Below, piece after piece: positions 25,513 through 39,849 of a stretch of DNA of 64,000 nucleotides. Source of the stretch: Antedon mediterranea (lineage: Eukaryota > Animalia > Echinodermata); contig NC_092679.1 in the NCBI RefSeq assembly GCF_964355755.1, forward strand, positions 2,510,201 through 2,574,200. The letters are read 5' to 3'. The stretch's first letter is position 1. Each line of letters starts with the position of its first letter. Under the pieces are notes generated by a model. The model did not search any database, was not told the DNA's origin, and saw only the letters and a program-made list of their open reading frames with translations. The position numbers were made by a program, and so were the translations under genes.

Positions 25513-28500
25513 CTGAAATAAAAATAAAAATGAGTAAACACACTTTGCTTTGTATTTGCATCATCTCCGTTTTTTTCTTTCTAGGATGCAGGATGGTCGT
25601 AGTGAATAAATCAATAAATCATCTTTTACCGGATAAAAAACCGATTTCATTAAACATTTAGTTATAATAGTTCAAGAAAAAGAATAAACAAAAATTTAAT
25701 TGGTAAAAATAATAGGAGCTGTTTCAGGGATCGAAAATAGAAGTATAAAATAAATTTTCTTATACCAACCCCTAAACAGAAGAAAAGACAAATAAACAAC
25801 TGCATGATATACAGTATCATTTGCTAATGTAAGATTTGGAAATATGTTTTTTTAACAGTTTCATTAAATATATTTTGAGGTTTTTACAACATGTCGTTTT
25901 TGTAGACAGTTTATTCCATAACTTTAGGACCATATACTGTAACAAAAAATTTACCGCCGGTAATATAAAAATAAAGCAGTAATCACCAAACATGATGTAA
26001 AATGAAAAAAGGCAATAAACCTCTCCCAAAGTGACCCACCCGCCAAAACCTCATACCCCCCCCCCCCCTACTCACCCACTGTCATCCCCAGCTCCTTTGT
26101 TCTAGCAACTTAATATTAATAACCAAAATATAGACAATAAGGACACTTAAATGATCTAATTCATAAATAATTTGAGAATTATGAATTATGATATACAGTA
26201 CTAAGTGTTGGATTGTGTACTATTTCTAGAGGGTAGAAATTAATTTTTGCATTTAGTCGACATAATACAATATTAATAGAAAAACTGTATAAATCAAACC
26301 TGGTATAGCTTCAATATAGAACACTAGTTATTAATATTGTCACCTATGTAATATCATAAATACAATATTTTAAATTTAATAAATACTAATTTCTGATTGT
26401 TAATACAAAAATAAAAATACAAAATAGATTCGACATCAGTCAGATTTCATCTCACAATATGCAGTGAAATTTAACTTAAGAATATATTAAAATTAAACTT
26501 ATATAGTTTAATTTGTAAAGTATATATTAACCTTTACATATCATAATTCTTAATACAAAAAGTTTCTTTACTTAAATACTCAATTGTCTCATGGCAATAT
26601 TAACTAAAACCATTATTTTGTACAAAAAAAAATAAAAATTGGAACTATTAGGAAGTAGAAAATTAAAGACCTTACAACATAAATTAGCCAATTAAAGTTA
26701 ATAAAATTCCTTAATCTTGTGAAATAACAATCATTTTTTAAATAACCTCAAATATTTGAAGATATAGGTTATATATACGTTTTAGACATTACAAGAAAGA
26801 AGGCTTTAAAAAAAAATTTTTTTTTAATATGTTCCAAATCTTATACTACATAATTCTGAATTCATATGTAATAAAACTATAACTGAATCTTTTTCTGCTT
26901 GTTCTTTAAATTAAAATTTATTAATTAAACATCTTGTTCTTGTTCTTTTTTCTGTTCAATCAACTGTTTTCACAATAGGTTTTTTTTGTGTGTTAATTTG
27001 CATTTGAAAACAAATAAATAAAACACGATTTAAATATTAAATTTTTTTGTTATTAAGTTTTTAGTTTTTAAAATAACTTTTCCCATAATTTTAAAAATCT
27101 CAGAATAATCCCACAAATTAAAAATCCTGCAATAATCCCACACAAGTTAAACATTCTGCAATAAATAGTGATATAAAGACTGTAATCTATCAGAAGTAAT
27201 ATACAACTCGTAGCTGTGTAATGGTTTATGCATTCAAAAACTCAACCAAATTGAATATTACACATTTTAAATGGTGCTTATTACAACACGGAAGACTTAA
27301 GTACTTTCGTAAATTTCTCAATGTGAATCTATTCGTTGAAAACATCACAGAGCCAACGTGAATAAATTTCAAATTACGAACAATTAAAGACTTGTCATGT
27401 ACGACGGTTGATATTTAAAAGACGAACGTCTGAGTTTCGTTGCTCCGGTTATTGCTGTCGTTGCTTATCCAGAGAGGGTGTTAGTATCGAATAATGCTCC
27501 GAGCCTTAGCTAACCTAAATACAAGTATTATTGCAAACGCATTTGATTGTTATAACCTGGATATTCAGGCAAGCATTTGAAATGACTACGGGCTTAATCA
27601 AACAAATATCATACCGAAATCAATATTAATGAATTTACTAATATTCATTTGATTGTATATCACAAACTAACATAAACACATTTGAGTCTGATCATTTCAG
27701 ATTAACAGAGTATAACGCAAATATGTATTAAATTATTATAGATGCATTCTAATACTAGTAGTTAGCATTATATATATAACATACTGTAGCAATAGTACAA
27801 CCTAGATGAATTTAATAATACTGATGATCAAGTAAAATCCCATGGGGCACTACAAATTTTGGTAGAAATTATTGTGTACATATTAATAATGTATGTAGAG
27901 GGTGTTTATTTCAGAACCTTTGTAGAACCATTTTCAAGATAAAAATGATTTAAATATAACAAAGTAAAGATTATTATTTTATATTCGATAAATTATTTAT
28001 TAAACATTAATATTTATGGTTTTAAATTTATTCAACTATATAATAATCTAAACTATATTATAATCTTATCTATAAATTGTTGAAACATTATCAAATTTGT
28101 AGATTATTTTAAACCTTTCATAATTTTGTCAAATTCGCAAAAATTTATCATGTAAAATTCTAATGAGGTACTCAAATTGTGATAATCTCCGACGATATCT
28201 ATAATTCTACGATCACCCTTTTGTAATATTATATTGCAGTTTCTAATTTATTAGATCGAATTTCATATTGATATCCAGTTTTGTCAATTGTGGCGTAATT
28301 CACGTAGGAAACCAGTCTTCCTCTAAAACAACAACAAGAGGCTTAATTCTGAAATGATTAAAATTTGAACTTAAAGACGGCCAAATTATCAAGTCATTAT
28401 CCTAATTTCCCGTTGCATGCTAATCGCATTGTAATACCGTCGAACGAAATCTACAGCCTTAACAGAATTCAACGACTAATCGATGTAATTTCAAATAACG

Positions 28501-31062
28501 ACTGTGTATCGTACATGGATTACAAACATTAAAATCTGACTGTAATTTTTACAGCGGAAAATAACCTCCCTCTCTACCTATATTTTCAATCTGCGTACGA
28601 TAGAAAAAATATTGAAGGGAGTTGATTGCAAACCTAGATTGTAGATGACACTGAAAATTTACAACCAAAGCTAGCCAAATGCGACATAAAAAGCCTTTTA
28701 GAAAACACAGATTGCGATTATCATTAATATTGGTTTTAATGTATGATGAGAAAGGGAAGAGTCTGGTACTATCCTGTCACTTGAGGGAGACAACTACAAT
28801 ACATTTCTAATAATGAAAAATGTTCTCGTACGTAGCGATATCTATTAAAGGAAGTCGCCAAGCTTCTACGGATAAGTCGTGTATGGGAATGCATGTAGAG
28901 GATAATCTGCTTTACATATGAACATAGCATTAATGCCTATATTTACAATAACAAGGATTTTTAAAGGAGGCTTTTAAACTTATCTCAATGACTTTCAAAA
29001 AGCCAATGACATTTAATATGAACTTTGAGGTTTACAATAGCAATGTTTTTTAATACAGTTATATAGTACAAAATAAATTTCAAAAACATATATTCAAAAA
29101 TATATTCATAAAAAGAATGATGATGATGTCTTTGATAATAATAATGATATGCTGTTGATTATGTTGATAATACTATTAATATTAGATGTAAGATGACAAT
29201 ATTGATAATCATTATTAATGATAATATAACATTGATAATAATTATGACAAAATTTATAATGATGATATTGATAATATCAATGACATTGACAACATTGATA
29301 ATATCATATTAACATTTTAATCAATAGGTAAATCTTTTATAGATATTTTCTGTGAATAGTAGAAACACAGTTTAGTTTGTGCATGGCCTCATTACCATAA
29401 GACAAAGGATTTCAATACACACAGCTAAACATATGAAAATTGAAAAGTAAAATTTGATTAAATAAATATAAATCTATCATTCTCTATTAATGCAAACTTA
29501 ATACGTTTGAATTAATAAACAAGAATGGCCAAATATATATAATTTCTTTTTAAAGTAATGAATTGTAAATTGTATACTACAGTAACAATATATATTTAAT
29601 CCTAGTATCATTGCTTTATATTCTCCAATCATTAATTAATCATCATCCTTAAGGCTAATATCCGGCATCAGTATTATAAATAAATTTGTTAAACTAAAGC
29701 ACCCATAAAATTGACCACCGATTACTAAGCACAAAGATTATCGCACGCTCAGCCGAGGAAACCGCGTGCCACCGTTACTCATGTTAACACCGCGACAAAT
29801 GTCTTAGAGTAATTTCAAAATTAATCCGCATATATCTGTACAAACCCCAAATGTATTATTGTCCTGCATCATTGACATCCAATCAATTTGTAGTAATGAG
29901 CAACAATAAATCAATATATTTAGAAACATTGTATCTCGGAGCCATACTCATACATGTCACAGTATGCGTAATTTATAAGCCGAAATATAATACTTTTACG
30001 CTCATCAAAATTTCATACCGTACGCTCCTTTGGAATTACTGCAATAACGATGGTAATATACATCGTTTGTGCGCGGTGATAACACAACATTTCGGTTTTT
30101 TTAAACATATAAATTCATGACTCCCAACTGATTGCGATTTGCATTAATTGTACCTCGTTATGCGGTGCGGGGACTTTTGTGTTATTACCGTCTACGTTGT
30201 TTGAACGCTCAGTGACTCCCAAAACATTCCACAAAACCTATTTACAATTACATCAATACCTTCCAATTTATTGTAATGTTTCTCATATAATTACATACAG
30301 TACAAGCTTTGATAGAAGCTGTGCGGTTGAATATCATACGGTTTAAGATCTCATTTCAAAGTCTTGCATCAACATCTTTTACCCACAATAATACTCCATA
30401 ATAATTAATGATGATATGAGGTAGCAGTCTATCTAAAAATATAATCTACCATTATTTAATAGTAAAAGAGTTTATTTAGAAATTTACTACTATGGCTAAA
30501 AGCACATCAAATTAATATGAGTGGGAGTTTCCATGACTGAGTGACTAAACTCCAGTTATCAACAAACATGTTTGAGTCATAAAACTTGACAAATTCAAAA
30601 CACTTAAAACTATTCCTTATACTGGAGTAGTAATGCTCCACTACCAACAATCCATTGTAAAGGAATATGTATGGGCATTATTGGTTTATTGCACTCATAA
30701 TAATTTCCTCTTTCATAGCATTTTTTTAAAGTATCTATCATGTTGTCTACACCTTTCTCTTCAAAATATTTTATTGTCTTGAAAAAAATGTAGTAAGGTC
30801 ACATGATTAAAAATTGAGTCATCTTAAGAAATCAGTCAACATATTACAGCTGCCAGATCTACATACCACCCTTGAAACAAATAATAGAAAGATATCAACA
30901 CTTTAAACAACAACACACTGTACTGGAGTGGACAGATTCAAATGTTACTAAAAAAACATTTCTGTGATCTACACTACAGTACAGTGTTAAGATTTGTTTA
31001 TAACAAACTATAGTAGAGGAAAATTGGAGCAAAACAAATTTACCACAACTGGCAAATTAACA

Positions 31063-31133
31063 AGCTAGTTTGATAAGAAAATGTGATATACTTAAATGTT
31101 GTTGTCAGATAGTTTGATAGTGTAGACAGAGCT
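31063..31133 (+). mobile_element. MITE family A, copy 7 (deleted)
   Basis: Right TIR agtttgatagtgtagacagagct is intact. Confidence 0.8.
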
Positions 31134-33039
31134 TTACACAATTATGATACAAATTTCTGATGGACTACTGTGGGATTGCAGATATATCTAGGAGAATATA
31201 AATCATCTCCATCCAAACAACCTGTTCATGGCGAATATAACTCCCCCTACATGACAACATTGTTTATTAATGAAGCTTGTACTTTTTAGGATCAACTGCT
31301 TAACATCTCATCCAAAAGATGACACTGTTAATATAGTGCCAAATGTATATTATTAAGTCAGTATACTGTACAAGCAATTTTCACAATATATTATGAAGCC
31401 TACAGTACATTCAAATAGGTTCAATATCCTATCATTTTAAATATAATTATAAACAACAAATTTATTTTTTTCTGCCATAACCAAACATGGGATTTGAACC
31501 AGGATCCTCCATGGTTCAGTGGTTTTACTACCAGATGATACTATGCTGTAATGCACCAATTAGCACACAGCATTAAGACATGTATGTAGTGTGCATTCAT
31601 TAATATTATGTAGTACATGTAAATGTAAACATCTCTGTACATACAGGCCTACATACAGGCCTAGATAAAGCAAGATTCTGCTTTTATGATATATTAAACA
31701 TTTAAAAACATTACTTATTCATTTATTTATTCAAATTTGTTTAAATATTTGATCTTTAATAAATAATTTATTATTATAAATACTTAATTGTTGTTGCAAT
31801 GAGTTAATATTTATATTATGGTTTGTTGATCAAATAAATAAATAAAGTGAATAATAATAATAAAATCAAATTGATATTTGTTAAAATTTATAAATATTAA
31901 GCTAATTTAACATAAAAAAACAATACTATATCAGAACATTTAATTAATCATAATCTACTTATTAAAGTTATTAAAAATATAGTATTTTTCAAAAATAATT
32001 TTTTTCTTTTCTAAATAACTTTCGGCAAAGAATATTTGTTAAACATCTGAATCGTTGTTTAGATAGAATAATATTATATCACTTAACAGTTTTGCTTAAA
32101 GGCTAGCTCCTAATCTAGCTGTATGAATTACGCCAGCCATCTGTGCTAGACATAGCAGCAGCGAAGCGCTTTAATTTATTCCGTTTACGATATCAGCTAA
32201 CTGAATTCAAATGCTAAACATGTTAAAGCCAAATGCCTATGATTTGTTATAGTATGTACCATTTGATTTCGCACAAAAGGAATTTGATGTTTGCATTATT
32301 AAACTATTTCTGTATCAGATTGTTCAGGGGAATCAGAGGTAATCATGGTGAATAGTATGAGGACGTCGTTTAGTTAATGGAGCAACGTTTCGTACGACAA
32401 GTCTTTGATCGTGTGCAGTGTGCTGTAAGTAAAGACCCTTGATTAGCTGGAATATTGCGTGCATCATCGCATTCATTTAATTAGATGAAGCCGAGCTGTG
32501 GTATACGGTCCATTGCAGCTTCTATCAACCCGTACAATAGCGCCACTCCCCAGGTACTGAAAACCTACTTATGATGTGCGTGAACTGGGTCATAGCCATC
32601 ACGAGGTGAAGAAATTGAATTTTAAGTTTAGCTTTCAGAATACACAGCAGCTTGTACAATATTAACTAACCGTAAATGATTTCTAATCTGGTGGATCGGT
32701 GATCGTGTGCAACCATTTGAGTTAAATGATAAAGTAAATGATGAACAACCAGAGTCCATGGGGTTAAACGACCTCTACTATATCTTTTTTCCCCTGTTAT
32801 ATATTTTTGTTATTATTGAATAACTTTTGCTTAATAAATATCAATTAAACATGTTACTAATTATTTAAATTATTTATTTAAACTAAAAATTAAACTTACC
32901 ATTCTAAAATGTAATGGTTTTTATAGAAAAAATGTTATATAAATTTATAAACATGTTTAGCATGAAAAATACTATTCAGATCCAGCAGACCCTATTTTGA
33001 TTAAATGTATTGTACTTTAATTTATTTAAAAAATATTTT

Positions 33040-33529
33040 ATTCAATTTTATTTATAAAGGGTGACCCTAAACAGTGTATACTGACAATTAAGTGGCCTTT
33101 CATGATGAGTTATGATATCAGTCGGTGTGCGACAGTGGCTGTGTGTATACTAGTACACCAGGGTAACCCCCTACTTGTTTCAAAAGATGTACTAGGTTCT
33201 TTAAAGAGCACACGAGCTAGATGTGTTACACTAGACTTACAGTTTATAGTCTTTATCCGAGAAGACTCATTCTACAACCATAACCATAAAGCGAGTGAGG
33301 CTGCCATGGAGCGAGTGAGGCTGCCATGGAGCGAGTGAGGCTGCCATGGAGCGAGTGAGGCTGCCATGGAGCGAGTGAGGCTGCCATGGAGCGAGTGAGG
33401 CTGCCATGGAGCGAGTGAGGCTGCCATGGAGCGAGTGAGGCTGCCATGGAGCGAGTGAGGCTTTGCTGATTTTAGGCTACAGTAGATATTACGGTTTCAA
33501 TGTCTTAACCGCTTGGCCACTCACTCGCT
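33040..33529 (-). mobile_element. tRNA-derived SINE with Deu/Nin-like central domain
   Basis: Minus strand: AGCGAGTGAG-TGGCCAAGCGG (A box)-TTAAGAC head; central TCGGATAAAGACTATAAACTGTAAGTC..TTAAAGAACCTAG..AAGTAGGGGGTTACCCTGGTGT resembles the recalled DeuSINE/AmnSINE1 domain; AT-rich tail. Confidence 0.75.
33291..33462. repeat. Perfect 20-nt minisatellite (GCGAGTGAGGCTGCCATGGA) x8.6 inside the SINE
   Basis: Identical units, read directly. Confidence 0.97.
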
Positions 33530-33587
33530 GTAAATAACAACCACTATAGTAATTGCATAATAGTACATTATAATAGCACATTCTTAC

Positions 33588-33671
33588 CTTAGGTTCAGTA
33601 AGGCAAACTCCATGATGGGAAAGGCCATCACTGCCTGGTGACTGTTCTTTTTTAAATGCTGATTCATATGC
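33588..33671 (-). CDS. Meis: Candidate extra in-frame Meis linker exon (AYESAFKKEQSPGSDGLSHHGVCLTEPK)
   Basis: gaatgatag|GCA...AAG|gtaaga; 84 nt, stop-free, phase 0-0 matching both flanking exons; GC-richer than the surrounding intron. No homology I can recognise. Confidence 0.65.
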
Positions 33672-34821
33672 CTATCATTCAAACAAATGGCCAAAATAAC
33701 TTTTCCATAAGAAAAACAAAAGAATCTCACACACACACAGCAAATAAAAAAGTTTTAAATATCAACAAGGAATAGCGAGAGAGGCTGGGATGGGGGGGGG
33801 GGGGGGGGATGGCTACAGAAAGCATAGAATAGGTGATATAATGGTATAGGTGAATGGCAATGGTAAAGATATTATAAGTAAGTACATAAAAAGGCTTGTT
33901 AGGGTGTGTTGATGAATTATGGAAGACCTCAAATAGACCGATATTTTAATTTATTTTGACCCACCCACACACAACGACACATGATTTATGATATGATAAT
34001 GTATGTAGCATAAAAAAGTGCCCAGAAATAAAAATTTAAACACATTTGAAACAAACATAATTGTTATCAACGGTTGAAATATACAACTGAATTCAAATAT
34101 AGGGCTCAGGTAGGCCTAAAAGCCTATTGGCTTATTCAGTATCGTTGCATAGCGAACATTATTTACATTACATTTAAACATAACAATTATTAGTAAACGC
34201 TGTATGATAGATGGTGACAATGGCATGAATTATGTAATTTATGCAAATGAGTTAAATCACATCAAACCATGCATTGCTTAACATTAAAATAAAAAATCTT
34301 AAATATTAAAATATTGGAAAAACTATAGCTGGTCTAAAAAAAAATTGCAAATAATTTTGCAGAAACAAAATTTAATTTAATTCAAAACTGGACTTTTAAA
34401 TACATTTTTATTATAACATATTAAGATTTAGTTATAATTTATTTAATATTGATACAATTTTCTACATAATTTAATTATAATTTTTTTGTAATAAGTTATT
34501 AACATATCATTTAAAATTAAGTAGTTATTATCTAACCTAATGTTTTTAATAGTGAGTAAATAGATGTACAATTTTCTACACAATATTAATAATATGACTG
34601 CCTTATAATCAATATTTATTTAATCTAATAACATGTTTATTACTAACAGATTTATCATATTTACAACTATTATTCTTGCTAACATATGTTTAGTATCATT
34701 TCTCTTCAGGTAAACCACATGTTCTCTACAGCTGCTTAATTTTTGGATAAGTCTATCTCATCATATCTCTATAATACAATTTTCCTTTCCAAAAATTAGA
34801 TTTAAGCTCGAAAAGCTATAA

Positions 34822-34983
34822 AGCTCGTCTTGTCTACTGTACACTATCAAACTTGTTTGACAAAAAAAACTGTGCCCAAATATGGTAGTGATGTGTCCAA
34901 ATATGGTAGTAATCATCGTGTCCATATTTGGGCACATCACATTTGTTTGTCACATAAAGTTTGATAGTAAAAAGACACAGGGT
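34822..34983 (+). mobile_element. MITE family A, copy 8
   Basis: Degenerate TIRs with the same internal subrepeats. Confidence 0.85.
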
Positions 34984-36801
34984 TTAAAAACAGGCAAAAA
35001 ACATGAATCTTTATAATTTATAATATTAATAAAGATAAAAATACAAAACTCTGATTAATATTTGTCCCCTTGATGTTTTGATAAAGTAAATCTCTCCATT
35101 TTTATTCATTTTTATCTACAGATATGTTAGCTTTTGATAAAAAAAAACTTGGTTTAAAAATCGACGTCTTTAACGACCAATCCCTAGCCAATTTCTTCGC
35201 TAATAAAATAACGAAGTCCCAGGAAGCGATAGGCACATCGAAAAGTGCAAAGTATACTGATCCCATTCAGGGTAGAGTCGTGAGTCATCGAGTAATCAAA
35301 AATTTCCAAATGGTCAGTGAAAGGAAGGGGTTACTGATTAGAATTTATTATTACTACAGTGAAGGGTAAAGAAGAGCGCAAAGGATGACACACACAAAAC
35401 ATGACTGCCATGAAACATAAATTTAAAACGCTTTAGACTTTAAATAGAGCCATCAAAAGACAGGATTATTGTCCATTGGTTGGATTTACTGTATCTTTAT
35501 AATGGAAAGGGAAAGTGGTATATTCATTAGTTTACAAGGAATACCGGTACACATTTTACAGCAAGTTTCTGAAACAGTATAATGTGCACCAAAAATATAT
35601 AACCAGAAGGTCATGGCACTGCAAAAAAATTACTGGTTAAAAACCGTTTGAATAAAATAAACATTAATTTCTTGAGAGTAGAAACAGGATAAATTTTCAG
35701 CAACCGGTGAAATTGCAGCCTGAAAATAACAGTTTAAAACGCCCAATCGATTCGGTATATTTTTAATCAATTTTGAAATAAATGGTTTATTCGGCGCTAT
35801 GCATCAGAAACAGACCTGAAGCGATCATTGAATATATTGTATCAAATTAATATAATTGTAATGTGGAGATAGAAATTACATAATGATATAGTCCTCTTCA
35901 AAAACACTATTATATTGAGTTATTGACGTTTCAAAATAAGTTATCAAAAAAAGCTAAAAATAGTATAAAAACCGAATTAATTAAATTATTTTTATTGAGT
36001 TATCAGAGGAAAAAAATTATAATTCTTTCCTTTTGCAGGAGAAAAAGAAAACAAGTCTACAGGCCAGTAGAATATACTAGCAACACTTCCTTAAGAAATT
36101 TAAGACATGAATTTGTAGAGTAAAACTAAAAATGATTGCTTAATTGACCCAGCTCTGCGAAGAGTTCACCTAAGCTAGGCAGTCTGAAATGCTTCTGAAC
36201 AGGTTTGTGTATTTGTTCTAGGCTGAGAAACGCATTCATAGTCCAGGCTACTTCAGCTTAAAGTCACTAGGCTAAGGGTTAACATTCAGGGGGGATGGAT
36301 GCCATCGACATTCCAATAAATGAGCAAGGAACTGGAAAAGGTTGATTCTATGGGCAACAGCATTAAATGTACAGACTACAGTAGATTTATTGTTCAATGC
36401 CTGGAAAAGAACAAACAATGTTTGCGGTACAATACGACACTCGTCAGCAAATAGAACGTAACTGGACATTCCGTCAAAAATCACTTTTACAAACGTCAAC
36501 AAAACTTTATGGTTTAAAAGAAAAAAACTGTCAACTAATAAAAATATATAATAGTTATTTATAATAAGTTTATTATTAATAATTAATCCGTAAATGAAAA
36601 CTGAATTATAATGATAATCGAGTTGGACAGAATGTTGTATTTAGTATAAAAATGAACAAATCAAATTCAGCCACTTGCAGACTAAAGTTTAGTATTCAAG
36701 TTAATAGAGTACATAACTTCACAAGTATACAACTGGCGGCTTACTACAGACACAAACTGAAAGGTCCATTAATCAACTACGGTAGCAAGCACTTCAAAAT
36801 A

Positions 36802-36980
36802 GGTCTACTGCAGTAACTGCAGTAACTAAATATTGTTTGCTCTTTGATTAGTTTATTTAATTATATATCAAGCCTTTTATACACTATTATAATACAATGA
36901 CTACCTCATAAACTTCTACATTGAAACAAAATATTAAATTGTTTAAAAAAATGGAGTTACTTCAGTTACTGCAGTAGATC
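36802..36980. mobile_element. MITE-like element with 26-bp inverted repeat
   Basis: ggtctactgcagtaactgcagtaact ... agttacttcagttactgcagtagatc (24/26 match). Confidence 0.65.
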
Positions 36981-39224
36981 CCTTATTTATCACACAACAA
37001 TTTTACCTAATTTTGAAATAAACCATTTTTAATTACATTCAATCTTACACAATGATCTTGTATAATAATATAACATTTTAATGGTATTCGTTGATTTAAA
37101 ATACCTGGACATTTTTTTAATGTGAACCAGCCTGGAAGATGATGTAGAAGTGAGGATGATCTGGTGGGCTTCTGGAGTAGCATAGTGGATTACATTTAAT
37201 GAGTTTTGTATCCTTAGTATCAACAGTAGATACCACCTTTAGCATTAGGCTCTGCCTGATTGATTGAAGGTGATATAAATGCTATGCACATTCCTAACAC
37301 GTAACAAGACACCATACTACTACTAAACCTAATGACAATTTATATATTTTATATAAAATCATTTTCAACAACATTAAATCACAGAGATTCCGTAACGAAT
37401 AGTTGTTCAAACTTTTATTTATATATTTAATGACAAATAATCAATGAAATGTACTGATGTATTGATACCACAAATAAAGTACCAACAAACTTTGCCTATT
37501 GTTTGTTTGTTTGATTGTTTATATTTCAAATCTATAATAAACAGAAATACAGAAAAGACAATAGGTTCAGGATGACCCAATTAATTCCAAGTAGAACATC
37601 TAAAATTTGTAATAGTTATATATTTTATTAATTGATCACATCTGTAAACTAACTTTTTGTGACAAGAATAATCTCTTTGTTATATAAAAAATACTAATAT
37701 TTTTTGTTATATACTAAGTTATTAATTTGATTCTGTATGTTATTCTAAAAGAAAGTATGGTTCTTATTGCTACAGTATTACTATGACTATATAATATTCA
37801 TTCCTATTTCATTTTATTGTTATTACATTTACATACAATTGTATATGGGTTATAGTCCCACATACAATATTCAAACATACATTAAAGTTTTTGAATCTGT
37901 CATACTTCAAAGAGATTAAACGTTTTGCACTAAGCCTAGCTTTTAGTTACTTCAAAAAGAAATAGCATTGCCTAGAACAACGAATGAATATAATAATATT
38001 TGCATTTTAAGCATTGCATACACCGTATAATAGTGTAGACTTATGTATGTTATAAAAAACATATGTATGCCAAGCATTAGAAACCTATTAATAATGTCAT
38101 GTATTAATATCTCATTTATAAATGGAGACATTATCATTGCAAACATCTTCTAGATGAAAGCTTAAAATCTGACAAATTGAAAATGGATTGGGCTTCTCGT
38201 ACAACACAGGTATTAAATCAACTCATACACATCCATTATATTATAATATTTTTTTTATATATATTAGTATGATCAATGCTGTTAACTAAAATGATTTATT
38301 TTCATCGTATTGTTTCCTACATGGCACACAGTTTATCATGTTTGTCAGTATAATCACTTTATAAACTTATCCTGTCAAATGTATTTTATGTTTACAAAGC
38401 GATTGTTATATTATCATACATTTACTAATATTTCCAGGGAGTTGTTGCGTCAACTGAAACAACTTTAGCAAAAAAAAAGATAAACTGTTTCACGTTGGAG
38501 AACTGCTCTTTTCTAGAGATATTCCATCAACTAAGAAGATTAAAATTTTGGACAGAGAGAGCAAAATTTATCTACTAAAATAAATAGGAATTGCTTTCCA
38601 ATTGAGAAATTTCACAACTAGCTAACATTCAGGATACAACTTGTGTAGTTATTGGAAATTTGTTCTAAAGATTTATATTTAAAACTTGTGCATGAAAGAG
38701 ATTGTAATTTTCCTGGCGATTCAAGTGGTTTAAATAAATCTATTTGTTAACTTCTTGTCAGGTTCAGCTTAGATGATATTTTTTTCTTTCAAATGCATTC
38801 TTGAAGATTTTTATTGCATCTTATCTACAAGTGTCATAAAAAAAAGAAGACGAGTCCATTTAATTTAAAGTATAAATCCAACTAGTTGAGAATTCATTCT
38901 ATCTCATCTCTGTCAAAGTAATTAAGATAAATATTTTAACTTTAGATTATTTATAACTAGTTTTTAATCTTTTTAAATTTTAAAAATATAAAGCAAAATG
39001 TACTTTTTTTTTTAGAAATATCATTTGTATATAATATGTAGAAAAAACAAATTTAAATCTAGCAATAGCATTGTGTAAATCACTAAACTGTTTGAAGTAA
39101 TTGCGTATATGATTTTTAAAAATTAACTTAAACCTGTAATGTAATCAAGACTAGATAAGTATGATATGTCTAATGCTTAATTCCACTACTTAACCACATA
39201 AGTACAATCTAAAGTTAGTACACA

Positions 39225-39244
39225 CATGGAGGTATACCTCCATA
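39225..39244. mobile_element. Tiny palindromic insertion with 7-bp TSD (P-superfamily-like footprint)
   Basis: GTACACA|CATGGAGGTATACCTCCATA|GTACACA. Confidence 0.6.
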
Positions 39245-39802
39245 GTACACAATACACACTTCATCGCGATCGAATTGAATATTTCGACATAAATTACATC
39301 TTTATCAGCAATGATGCCAAAGTACACTTATATAATCAACAAATGCTATGTAAGTATTTTTAATCGCATACTTAAATGTAATGATTTTTTTTTCGCATAT
39401 CCTTTCTTAATTATACATTTAATATCTTCGCCTTCAGATAGTGCATCAGGGACTCTTTCAAGGACTCTATTCACTTGCCAATTACTGACAATTCTTATTC
39501 ACAGACTAGCTTACAAAATCTAGTTAGATGTAATGGAGAGGTTTTTGCTTGTCAAAAGTTACATCTCAAAATACACTCTCATGAACAACTTACTATTCTT
39601 CAAAGTCATTTAAGTCCCATTCACACAAAGGTAATGAACGATGGAATTTGATATAATTACACCCTTGTAACACAGTTTTTTGCCTGCTATGGGGCTTTAC
39701 GTTCACTAGAACATCAAACATTTTTTTAAACAAATCAATTTATTCAAGAATGTCTTTAATCATCCAAACAAGTGCAGCTTCAAAATATGAAAACTTAAAA
39801 AT

Positions 39803-39849
39803 AAAAAGCCTTAAAATTAAAAAGCCTTAAAATTAAAAAGCCTTAAAAT
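39803..39849. repeat. 16-nt tandem repeat (TAAAAAGCCTTAAAAT) x3
   Basis: Read directly from the sequence. Confidence 0.85.

Noticed and set aside
25314-25661. 115-aa plus-strand ORF and 64-aa minus-strand ORF
   Set aside because: Antisense shadow and wrong frame of the Meis linker exon; exon phases support the SHPPIP frame.
32894-32912. tttag|AATG|gtaagt 4-nt microexon-like signal (minus strand)
   Set aside because: Too short, frameshifting, and expected by chance in AT-rich introns.
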